This document shows positions 37,893 to 46,033 of a stretch of DNA of 64,000 nucleotides, piece after piece. The position numbers and the translations under genes were made by a program. The notes beneath the pieces were generated by a model. The model was not told the origin of the DNA. It did not search any database and was given only the letters and a program-made list of their open reading frames with translations. Location: positions 23,769 through 87,768 of IMG/VR virus record IMGVR_UViG_2643221868_000001; one strand, 5' to 3'. The stretch is from an uncultured virus (IMG/VR IMGVR_UViG_2643221868_000001). Taxonomy: Duplodnaviria; Heunggongvirae; Uroviricota; Caudoviricetes. Position 1 is the first letter of the stretch; each line of letters begins with the position of its first letter.

Positions 37893-38088
37893 GGTTCGGC
37901 CGCGTCGCTTCGGCGCGAGAGCGCATTTCGTCGTTGATTGCCGACCTGAGAGCACAGACGGTTCGGCCCAACTTGAACGATGGAATGAGCTTCTGAGCCA
38001 CCCGGTGCTTGGCCTGCCCTCTGGTGATCCCTAGGTGCGCGGCGATGGCCTCAAGGCCGTAGAGTGTGTCTGCAGGTTCTATCTTCAT
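37885..38088 (-). CDS. AlpA/excisionase-like HTH protein, element A
   Basis: DTLYGLEAIAAHLG...IPSFKLGRTVCALRSAI; homolog of 22480-22707. Confidence 0.8.
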   Translation of the reverse strand: MKIEPADTLYGLEAIAAHLGITRGQAKHRVAQKLIPSFKLGRTVCALRSAINDEMRSRAEATRPNRG

Positions 38089-38099
38089 GGCTCGCCCTC

Positions 38100-38152
38100 A
38101 TGCGCAAATCGTGCGTAAAACATGCGCAACTGCCGCGCCGGCCATGCGCAGA
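38100..38152 (+). repeat. Arm-type repeats RTGCGYA x4
   Basis: Copies at 38100, 38111, 38122 (11-bp period) and 38144; same motif as at 23140 and 23151. Confidence 0.7.
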
Positions 38153-38274
38153 CTTCATTGTCTTTTCAGGCACTTACCCAGCCATAGCCGGCCATCGTCA
38201 GCTGCATAGAAAAAGCCGCCAAAAGGCGGCTAAATCCTTGCTCTATATGAGCTTTTACCAGAAGGATGCTGACA

Positions 38275-38282
38275 CGGGCCCA
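38275..38282 (+). repeat. att core of element A, xis-proximal copy
   Basis: CGGGCCCA at the WAR codons of the helper MCP. Confidence 0.88.
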
Positions 38283-39302
38283 GTCTGTGTCGTTCAGGAC
38301 GATACCGGTGGACGGGTAGAGAGCCAGCGTTGCCTGAAGGATGGCGAGGCGCAGGCGGTCGATCGGGGTTTCCGCGGTCGGCGTGAACGGCGCAGCATAG
38401 GCCGAGGCCTGCGGGATGATGCCGGTCAGGTTCTGGCCGGTGCCGTTGCCGTAGAGGATCTGCGCCTCCTCGACGAATTCGAGGCCGTAGCGTGCGCGGC
38501 CGTCGATGTAGGAGACCAGACCGGGGGCATCGTCGAGCAGCTGGCGCGAACCCTTGAAGATGTGGGCCAGCGTGCGGACGGGCGCCGACTTCAGGTCGAA
38601 CGTCAGCTCGGACTGAGGCTTGCGGGCACCCTCGGCCACCATCGCCGCGGCGTTGGTGAAGCCGGTCTCCACCGGGTACTCGATGTTGTTCGACGAGGTC
38701 TGACCGGGGGTGATCAGGTCACGAACACGCAGCGGTCGATCCGGCAGGTTCACGATACCCTGGCGATCGGTGACGACGAGCGACGAGCTCGGAGAGACGC
38801 CGGTGCCGAGGGTGGCCGGGGCCGTCATGATGTTCTTCGTCTCGACGGTCGCGCGGATCTGGCCGCGATACTGCGAGCCCTGCTCCTTCACGCCCTTGAA
38901 GCCCTCGCTGTCGGCGAAGTGCTGACCGAGGCTCTTCGTCTCGGAGTTGCCGGGCCCCCCGCGACGAGCGCCCTTCTGCTCGACATCCGCGAGACGCGCG
39001 TCGAACTCGGAGACCTTGGCGTTCATCTCGGTGATGGCCTTGTCGGCCGCCGCCTTGGTCTCCTCGGTCATCTTGCCGAGGCTCTTCATTTCGCCCTCGG
39101 CCTTCTCGGCGAAGCGCTTCACCTCGTTGGTGGCCGCCTTGAGCCCGCCAGCGAGAGCCTTGAACTCGGCGTCGCCGGCGCCGCCCTGGGAGCCAGCGGC
39201 GGCTGCAGCGCCGCTGTCGGGCGGGGCGAGGTGGATGCGCGGGCCGATCTGGCACGCGAAGAGAACGGCCGCCGAAGCGCCGATGGAGGTCATGCGGGTC
39301 AT
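38275..39302 (-). CDS. Helper major capsid protein, N-terminal fragment (piece 1 of 3); the ORF reads 35 aa into element A, to 38166
   Basis: HK97-fold motifs up to IVLNDTDWAR, then non-capsid sequence; follows the protease gene. Confidence 0.95.
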
Positions 39303-39322
39303 GTGGTCGATTCCTTGATGGA

Positions 39323-40240
39323 TCAGGGGAGCTTGAAGCCCGTCAGGGCGCTGCCGAGATCGGACAGTGCCGCCTTCGCTTCGGTTTCGGCCTGGTCGCG
39401 CCCCTCATCCCGAGGACTCGCCTTGAACAGCCGCGCGGCCATCGCGTCTGCCTGGGAATGCGAGAGACCCAACTCCTCCCGGAGCCAAGCCTTCACTTCC
39501 CGATCGTTGATCGCGCCTTTGGTCCAGCCGATGAGGCCGTCCGGGGCGCGTGAACCTGTCAGGGCCTCGTAGGTGTCGCGGAGGGCGTCCATGAGGAGCG
39601 CGCCGTCCTTCGCCGACTGGCCGTAAAAGTAGGAGCCCATGAACCCGTCATGGATGCGGATCGCTTCTTCGAGGCGCGTCGCGGCCTTTGCCGTATCCGG
39701 ATCGGTCAGGACGGACGCCTTCAACTCGGCTCGAGCGAGCCGCTTCATCTCCATGACGCGCGCCTGCGCATTCGATGGATCATCGACGAGACTGATCTCG
39801 CCGAGGTGGAGGGACTTCAGGGTGCGCTTCGGCTCTCCCGGCTTCTGGCCGTAGGTGGCGCCATTCTTCTTCACCCGGTAGCCGATGGAGAGACCGCCCA
39901 GGGCACCGTCCTTGACGAGCTCGTAGCGCATCCGGCCGGCATCGGTGTTCATGCCCGAGAGCTTTCCCTCGACACGGAGGCCCTTGTCGTCTTCCTCGAC
40001 GTTGGTCCAGACACCGACAGGGACGCCGTCTCCGCCGTATACGCCGTGCATGACGTGCATCGGGACGCCGCGGCCTTGTGATTTCCGCTCGGCGAGCGAC
40101 TCCTTGAAAGCGCCCGGCAGGATCACGTCGCCATGGCTGTCGACATTGCCGAACATGGCGCCATAGCCGGAGAATACGCCCTCGGCGGCGTTCTCGGCGA
40201 ACTTGAGCTCCAGCGGAGCAACGAAGACGTCAGGCTGCAT
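39323..40240 (-). CDS. Helper prohead protease
   Basis: FSGYGAMFGNVDSHGD, GLSIGY and LGEISLVDDPSN motifs. Confidence 0.93.
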   Translation of the reverse strand: MQPDVFVAPLELKFAENAAEGVFSGYGAMFGNVDSHGDVILPGAFKESLAERKSQGRGVPMHVMHGVYGGDGVPVGVWTNVEEDDKGLRVEGKLSGMNTDAGRMRYELVKDGALGGLSIGYRVKKNGATYGQKPGEPKRTLKSLHLGEISLVDDPSNAQARVMEMKRLARAELKASVLTDPDTAKAATRLEEAIRIHDGFMGSYFYGQSAKDGALLMDALRDTYEALTGSRAPDGLIGWTKGAINDREVKAWLREELGLSHSQADAMAARLFKASPRDEGRDQAETEAKAALSDLGSALTGFKLP

Positions 40241-40386
40241 GGGACACTCTCAGTCTCCGCACCTCCGAGCCGCTGCCCTCTATTGAAGAGCCGCACAGCA
40301 AGTGCTAGGTTTCGGTCAAGTCGTGAGGCGTTTCGGACGTTCGGCTCGGGGACGATCTTCAGATCGGGCATCGAGCATCACGGCGC

Positions 40387-42141
40387 TCAATCCCACAGCG
40401 TGACCAATTCAATGCGGCGCTTGCCGGCGTGGATTTCCGCGACGAAGGCTAGGCGGCGCTTACCGATCGTCTTTTCAAATACGATGCGCGGCTGACCGTT
40501 CGGCCCCGGGCGCTTGCCAGCAAAGATGCGATCGGGCTTCAACGCCACCTCACGTAGAAGTCCTACGTCCGTTGCGTTCGACAGCAGCCCGGGCCTTTTT
40601 TTGCGCACATGCGCGATGCCCTGATTTGTAACTGTGTGAGCGAAACCTGAAACGTCGATACCCGTCAGGCGACGTATCTCTCCGGCTCTTCGAACGGTCC
40701 CTAGCTGCGCCCGGACAGGCTTTCCTCCGAGCCCGACCGCATCGAAAGCGGCAGCCAGCCCGGATACCCAGCGCCCGCGAGCATCTCGCAGTTGACCGCC
40801 ATCAAAAGCCTTAAGGGCCAGCCCCTCCGCCATCCTGGCCAGGGCGGCCAGAGCCATGAACCCAAAAGGGGCTTCGTCGAGCGCACCTCCGCTGGCCCTG
40901 TTCCGTTCAATCTGTGGGGCCGACTCTGGGGTGGCCGGCGCAGCCTGGCCAAGTTTCTCGATCGGTAACATCGCCGACTGCATGAAGAGGCTGTCGCCGC
41001 CAGGAAGCGGGGGCTTGTTCTCGCGGGACCGGATCTCGTTCGGGGTGCTGAGGCCATGGGTAACCTCGGCGCTGTAGAGCTCGGCGCGCCCTTTGCTGTC
41101 GGCGCGGAGCAGGCCTTCGACGTTGAACTCTGGGAAGTAGCGAAGCTGCTCGGCTGCCGTCAGACACTTCGACCAGATCGCCTGTTCGGTTGCCTTCAGG
41201 TGAGATCGCAGGGTGTAGGTCAGGAACCAGAGGTTCATCTGCTCGAGGCCGGTGCCCCAGGCGGTGGCCTTGTCCATGTGCCCGATCATGACCGGCAGGA
41301 CGCCGAACCACCGGCAGATCACCTCGACGTTGAAGCCGCGGGTCTCGAGAAGCTGTGCATCCTCTGGCGGGATAGTGAGGGACTGGAAATCGAAGCCGCC
41401 CTCAAGCAGGGGCGTGGAGCCGGTGTTGTCGGCGCCCTTCCATCCAGCGATGAGCGCCTTTGCATCCTCACGCTGTTCTGGCGTGAGAAACATGGGCGCC
41501 TTCAGAAAGCCCGAGGGACGCATCCCGTTCTTGAAGATCCGCCCCGCCGACCGCTCGGCGCCCATAGCGCTGCCCAGGCTGTGCCGACCGGCGGCGATTG
41601 CCGACATGCCGATTTGCCCGTCGAGCGAGAAGCCCTTGAGATGGAGAACCTGATCCTCGGTGAATGTCTGCGTGAGGCCCTGGAAAGCGTATCGGTAGGT
41701 CAGCGACCCATCGACTTCCCGTGTGACTTGAACGCGGTCCGGCCGCATCGGAAGCAGCGCCACCACCCGCTCGTTCGCACCGCGGACGATCTCGGCGTAG
41801 GCGTTCCCCCAAAGCAGCTTGCAGGCGAACAGGGCCTGCCAGAACTCGACCGCCGTCATCTCGGCGTTGGGCTTGTCGTGGAGCACTCGGTAGAGTGGGT
41901 GCCCGCTGGCGACATTGTTCCGGCCCTGCGCGTCGCGCTCGTAAAGCGGCAACGGCAACGTCGCGATCGTCTGCGACATCAGGCGAGTGCACGCCCAGAC
42001 TGCGTCCAGGGTGAGGGAGCTGTCGACGGTGACGCGCTCGCCCGAGTGGCTTTCCTCGCCGCCAAAATATGAGATCAGACGCTGGTCGGTGAGGCCCAAC
42101 CCGCGGGCGACCGTCAGCGCCGCCTTGCGGAGTAGGCCCAT
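40387..42141 (-). CDS. HK97-family portal protein with C-terminal extension
   Basis: AVWACTRL, LLWGNAY, FKNGMRPSG and TPNEIRSRENKPPLPGGD motifs; ~170 extra C-terminal residues. Confidence 0.93.
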   Translation of the reverse strand: MGLLRKAALTVARGLGLTDQRLISYFGGEESHSGERVTVDSSLTLDAVWACTRLMSQTIATLPLPLYERDAQGRNNVASGHPLYRVLHDKPNAEMTAVEFWQALFACKLLWGNAYAEIVRGANERVVALLPMRPDRVQVTREVDGSLTYRYAFQGLTQTFTEDQVLHLKGFSLDGQIGMSAIAAGRHSLGSAMGAERSAGRIFKNGMRPSGFLKAPMFLTPEQREDAKALIAGWKGADNTGSTPLLEGGFDFQSLTIPPEDAQLLETRGFNVEVICRWFGVLPVMIGHMDKATAWGTGLEQMNLWFLTYTLRSHLKATEQAIWSKCLTAAEQLRYFPEFNVEGLLRADSKGRAELYSAEVTHGLSTPNEIRSRENKPPLPGGDSLFMQSAMLPIEKLGQAAPATPESAPQIERNRASGGALDEAPFGFMALAALARMAEGLALKAFDGGQLRDARGRWVSGLAAAFDAVGLGGKPVRAQLGTVRRAGEIRRLTGIDVSGFAHTVTNQGIAHVRKKRPGLLSNATDVGLLREVALKPDRIFAGKRPGPNGQPRIVFEKTIGKRRLAFVAEIHAGKRRIELVTLWD

Positions 42142-42151
42142 GCGCAGTCCT

Positions 42152-43840
42152 TCAGGCGAAGATCGGCGCCGCGAGGAAGCCGCCGAGGTTGGCGTTGGCA
42201 GGCGCGGCGGGGTTGAGTGACATCGGGACCACTGCGTCGAACAGTGACATCACCGGGTCGATCTTCGCGTCGCCGGCATTCTGCTTCGTCGCCCGGATGG
42301 CGGTCGCGGTCGGTTCGATTTTCAGATTGCCCACGGCCCAGGCCATGAGGGTCGATCCGGAGTGGCGCAGCGTCCCGTTTGCGAGCTTCCGCTCGGCGGT
42401 CTTGATGGCGTTCATCATGCCATATCCCTGCGGGACACCGACGAGGAGCTTTGCTTCCTGCGTCACCCCGATCTCGGCCATGGCTTCGATGAACTCGCCG
42501 AGGCCTGCCGGGTCGACGCCGACACAGGCGAGAAGCCCGCGTTCCTTCACGTCCGAAACGATCTCCACGATGGCGGAGATGTCGCCGAGCTCATCATCGA
42601 CGATAGTCAGTTCGCCGGCCCGCTCGAAGTCGCGGAGCTTGGAGGCAATCGACTTGCGGCGCTCCAGAACGCCCTTGTGGCACCAAGCATGGGTCCATGC
42701 GAGCCAGTCGCGAGACCCCCTCTCCCTGCCGATAACCGTGAGGCCGAACAAATCGTCCAGGCCGCCGCCATCGATGCCGATGCAGACGACCTCGGATCGG
42801 CTCAACACCTCGTCGAGGGTGAGTGCCGCATCCGCCCGATCGTTCCAGTAGTCGGCCCCTGACCAGCGGTTAGCGCGGAGGTCCATCCCGATCTGGACGT
42901 TGAGATGCTTGGCGAGGAAGGTCCGGCGAGTCTCTTCGCCCTTCGCCAATTCCTTGACGAGCTCGTCTTCCAGCCATTCCCGGCTGACAGATCGTCCCAT
43001 GTTCGGGTTGGTGATGTAGAAGTTGTCCGGCTCCAGGTAGGCCTTCGCTTCCACCATCGCCTTCGGAAATTCGTAGATGACTGCGAGGCTCTTGCGATCG
43101 GGGATCTTGCCGTCGCGAACGTCGCGAAAATAGTCCAGCTTGTCCTTGAACACCCCGGCAGGCGGAGCATCGCTCTGCGTCGAGATGGAGATCACGAACC
43201 CTTCGGGCCGGGAGACCAGGCCGCCGGTGGCTTCGCGCAGCATCGCATCAGCCCGCGGCTTGCTCCCAAACTCCCATAGCTCGTCGATCAGGACGAACGC
43301 TGCCTTCTTGCCCACCACTGTCGCGCTATCGGCCGCGACGACCTTCAACGTGGCCTTTGTCACCCGGTGCGTGATCGTCCGGATGTGATCCTGGATGTGC
43401 ATCATGCTGTCGAGTTCGGGGTCGGCCCGAACCATGTCGGCAGCTGGCTTGAAACTGTTCTGCGCGGCCTCAATCGTCGGTGCCAGGATCAGAAGCTCGT
43501 TCGACAGGCGCCAGTTGCGAAGCAGCGCCGTGAGCATGATGCCGGCCGAGACCGTCGACTTGCCGTTCTTCTTCGAGATGAGGAGGAAGAACTCCCGGAT
43601 GAGGCGTTTGCCCTTCTCCGCATCGTAGGCGCCGAAGATCGCCGCCACGAAGTCGAAAACCCAGTCCTCGCAGGTTTCACCGAATGTCGGCGACCCGGCC
43701 ACATCGACCACGATCAGCGACTTGAACACCTCCAGAGCCGCATCCGCCTCGCTTGGGAAGAGCGGTGGCGACGTAATCAGCGACCGGCCTGCCACGATGC
43801 GCTCGGCCCAGTCAGGGCAAGCTGTGGTCCAATCTTTCAT
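42152..43840 (-). CDS. terL: Terminase large subunit
   Basis: Walker A ISKKNGKST, Walker B VLIDELW, nuclease motifs GIDGGGLDD and KIDPVM. Confidence 0.95.
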   Translation of the reverse strand: MKDWTTACPDWAERIVAGRSLITSPPLFPSEADAALEVFKSLIVVDVAGSPTFGETCEDWVFDFVAAIFGAYDAEKGKRLIREFFLLISKKNGKSTVSAGIMLTALLRNWRLSNELLILAPTIEAAQNSFKPAADMVRADPELDSMMHIQDHIRTITHRVTKATLKVVAADSATVVGKKAAFVLIDELWEFGSKPRADAMLREATGGLVSRPEGFVISISTQSDAPPAGVFKDKLDYFRDVRDGKIPDRKSLAVIYEFPKAMVEAKAYLEPDNFYITNPNMGRSVSREWLEDELVKELAKGEETRRTFLAKHLNVQIGMDLRANRWSGADYWNDRADAALTLDEVLSRSEVVCIGIDGGGLDDLFGLTVIGRERGSRDWLAWTHAWCHKGVLERRKSIASKLRDFERAGELTIVDDELGDISAIVEIVSDVKERGLLACVGVDPAGLGEFIEAMAEIGVTQEAKLLVGVPQGYGMMNAIKTAERKLANGTLRHSGSTLMAWAVGNLKIEPTATAIRATKQNAGDAKIDPVMSLFDAVVPMSLNPAAPANANLGGFLAAPIFA

Positions 43841-44226
43841 CTGTTATCGACGATGAGCCTCGGCGCGGAAGGGGCAGAGAACTTGCCGCCCACCTTCTCA
43901 GCCGCAGCCTGTCGTTCGGCCTTCTTCCCGCCAGTGCCGGCCTTCTCAGCCTTCTCGTCCCTGGCGATATCGAGGATCGCGCGCGCTGCGGTCACCCGAG
44001 GCGCGGGGAATGGTGAGTTGTCCATGACGTCTTGCAACGTCGCGTAGGCTTTGGCGACGAGATCCGCGGCTGTCATGCTCGATGCCGGTTCCTGACGCGC
44101 CTTCACGATGATCTGAGCGGCGTCCTCGACCTGACGCTCTGCCTGCTTGACCGTAATCGCGTGTTTCGGCTTGCGGCCAGCGCCAGAGCGCTTTCCGCCC
44201 CGTCCGAGGCCAGTTGATTTCGTCAT
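43837..44226 (-). CDS. terS: Terminase small subunit
   Basis: RGGKRSGAGRKPK N-terminus and GKKAERQAAA C-terminus; overlaps the terL start. Confidence 0.8.
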   Translation of the reverse strand: MTKSTGLGRGGKRSGAGRKPKHAITVKQAERQVEDAAQIIVKARQEPASSMTAADLVAKAYATLQDVMDNSPFPAPRVTAARAILDIARDEKAEKAGTGGKKAERQAAAEKVGGKFSAPSAPRLIVDNR

Positions 44227-44273
44227 GCCGTATGAATTCCGCCCGTTTGATTTCGAAAGGACCGGGAGGATTT

Positions 44274-44340
44274 AATCTGCGAATGCGATCCCATGCGGTA
44301 GCCGGCCCTTAGACCGTAGACTTTCGACCGCCCCCTACCC
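44274..44340. other. Putative helper cos/packaging region
   Basis: Intergenic between HNH and terS, the canonical position in HK97-like phages; conserved in both satellites. Confidence 0.75.
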
Positions 44341-44400
44341 TTCGGCAGATGCCACATCAGGCGCCTAGGATGGCCCAGGATGCCCGTCAGCCCCGTTGGG

Positions 44401-44736
44401 CTAGGTCGGCATCAATCCCATGCGCCGCGCCCGCTCAGCGGCCGTCTTGCGCCCATGGTGAGGAGGGCAGAGCGCCTGCCCATTGCGTGGGTCCAGCGGG
44501 TCGCCGCCATCACGTCTCTCGACGATGTGGTCGGCATAGAGCCGGACGCCACCTCGCCTGCCGTGGGCCGTACATCCGGGCCATTGGCACTTCCACCCTG
44601 CGCGCTTCAGCACCTCTTGGCGCCAGGCTGCGTGCTCAGGTGTCAGTAGCTCAGCGTCTGCTGCCTTGGGTGCCGGGATCGCTGTGCGAGTGTCTAGGGT
44701 TCCTAGACGAGGCTTCAGGGTGGTGAGACGGGACAT
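44401..44736 (-). CDS. Helper HNH endonuclease (terminase-associated)
   Basis: CQWPGC...ADHIVERRDGG...N.QALCPPHHGRKT. Confidence 0.92.
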   Translation of the reverse strand: MSRLTTLKPRLGTLDTRTAIPAPKAADAELLTPEHAAWRQEVLKRAGWKCQWPGCTAHGRRGGVRLYADHIVERRDGGDPLDPRNGQALCPPHHGRKTAAERARRMGLMPT

Positions 44737-44754
44737 ATAAACTCAACACATCTG

Positions 44755-44783
44755 TTGACTTCCACAGAAGTGTGGAGTATGTT
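44755..44783 (+). promoter_or_regulatory. hicAB promoter with operator palindrome
   Basis: TTGACT-17-TATGTT; the spacer contains the inverted repeat TCCACA-N4-TGTGGA. Confidence 0.7.
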
Positions 44784-44790
44784 AGCCTTC

Positions 44791-44979
44791 ATGAACGCGA
44801 ACGAACTCCGCAAGCTCCTGGCCTCTAAAGGCTGCACCTTCGAGAACCACAAGGGCGGCTCAGGCCACCTTACGGTACGGAGGGGCGACAAGGTCTCTCA
44901 GTTGCCGATGCATGGCAGCCGGAAGGAACTCGGCACGGCGCTCGTGAACCGTATTCTCAAGCAACTGGATCTCAAGTGA
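44791..44979 (+). CDS. hicA: HicA toxin
   Basis: 62 aa; GGSGH, LPMHG and ILKQL motifs. Confidence 0.92.
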   Translation: MNANELRKLLASKGCTFENHKGGSGHLTVRRGDKVSQLPMHGSRKELGTALVNRILKQLDLK

Positions 44980-45398
44980 TGATCGGATACCGCATCGAAC
45001 TGGAGCCGGATGACAACGGCTCCTTCCTCGTTACCTGCCCTGCCCTGCCGGAGGTTACGACCTTCGGAGATGATGAGTTCGAGGCACGCATTCATGCCGC
45101 CGACGCGATTGAAGAGGCGCTGGGTGGGCGGATTGCGAGCGGCGAAGCGATACCGCCTTTCGAGGACGACGCCGGAGCCATTCGGCTGTCGCTTCAGACC
45201 AAGCTGAAGGTGGTACTCTATCGCGAGTTGCTGGCCGCCGGCATGACGCGAGCGGACCTGATGCGACGGCTTCAGTGGAATAGGGAGTCGGTCGACCGGC
45301 TGTTCCGCCTAGATCACGCATCAAGGATCGACCAGATCGACATCGCAATGACCGCTCTTGGCAGAGAGGTTGATCCGACAGTCCGCCAAGCGGCTTAA
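44976..45398 (+). CDS. hicB: HicB antitoxin
   Basis: LEPDDNGSFLVTCPALPEVTTFGD plus a C-terminal HTH. Confidence 0.92.
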   Translation: MMIGYRIELEPDDNGSFLVTCPALPEVTTFGDDEFEARIHAADAIEEALGGRIASGEAIPPFEDDAGAIRLSLQTKLKVVLYRELLAAGMTRADLMRRLQWNRESVDRLFRLDHASRIDQIDIAMTALGREVDPTVRQAA

Positions 45399-45475
45399 GC
45401 TGCCCCTTCGTCTCTCTCCCGCCTCAGCGGCGAATTGGGGCGGCAAGAGTGAACTCCAGCCGCCCGAACTGATGT

Positions 45476-45712
45476 CTAAGCCGCAACGCTCTCGCGCTCA
45501 GGATACTGCATGCGCTCGTCGCCGGGTGGGAAGCCGAGGCGGCCAGCCTCATCCTTCGCCAGCGCGCGTGCGATCTCACGCGCCAGTTTGGCGTTGTCGA
45601 ACTCGCCCTTCACCTCGGAGCCGCATGGGCGACCCTCAGTGTCTTCGACGTAGCGGGTGATGATGTGCCGCTCTACCGGTCGGACTTGGTAGCAAACCTT
45701 GCCGATGTTCAT
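45476..45712 (-). CDS. Small hypothetical protein
   Basis: MNIGKVCYQVRPVERHIITRY...; preceded by an AGGA RBS. Confidence 0.5.
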   Translation of the reverse strand: MNIGKVCYQVRPVERHIITRYVEDTEGRPCGSEVKGEFDNAKLAREIARALAKDEAGRLGFPPGDERMQYPERESVAA

Positions 45713-46033
45713 GCCTGATGTCCTGTCGTGTGGAAGCGACGGCCTTGGCCGCCTATCCGCGAGAACGCGGACCTCGTTGCCGTTCAGCGGCGAATTGGGG
45801 GATGGGCGGGGCGATGCGGGCGGGGCCTGCCATGAACCCCGCAATGTGAACCGAAGCCGGGGCCTCGTCCTACGGCCGGCAGATTATCACCGTGTCGCCG
45901 CATCGAACTGCTTCAAGACAGGCTTGGCACATGGCCCCATTCAACCCGCCACCCCGGTTTCAACCAACGGCGGGCACCTTGCCTTGAACTCTTCCATCTC
46001 CCTCGGCCTTGGGGCTGGGGAGAAGGGTGGAAA

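Larger units (their letters stand above)
23094..38282 (-). mobile_element. Satellite element A (~15.2 kb, PICI-like) integrated in the helper MCP gene
   Basis: Flanked by CGGGCCCA (10/11 with the following RTC); carries integrase, antirepressor, MCP, cos-like site, HNH, replication initiator and AlpA/Xis. Confidence 0.92.

Noticed and set aside
7006-38282. Reading the region as one nested element, a tandem duplication or a misassembly
   Set aside because: The two elements have different cores, arm repeats, integrases, replicons and cargo, and are separated by a unique in-frame MCP segment. Read-level confirmation is still advisable.
7006-38282. Classification as canonical cf-PICIs or complete prophages
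   Set aside because: Neither element has a portal, large terminase, head-tail connector, tail tube or lysis genes.
6924-39302. Intron or intein splicing as the way to rejoin the MCP
   Set aside because: No group I/II intron or intein features are visible; the junctions are DNA direct repeats next to tyrosine integrases.
38064-39572. 502-aa + strand ORF, and similar long antisense ORFs (3477-4493, 13994-14992, 31513-32751, 41056-42072, 50081-51043)
   Set aside because: They lie antisense to well-supported genes, have no recognisable motifs, and are expected shadows of high-GC codon bias.
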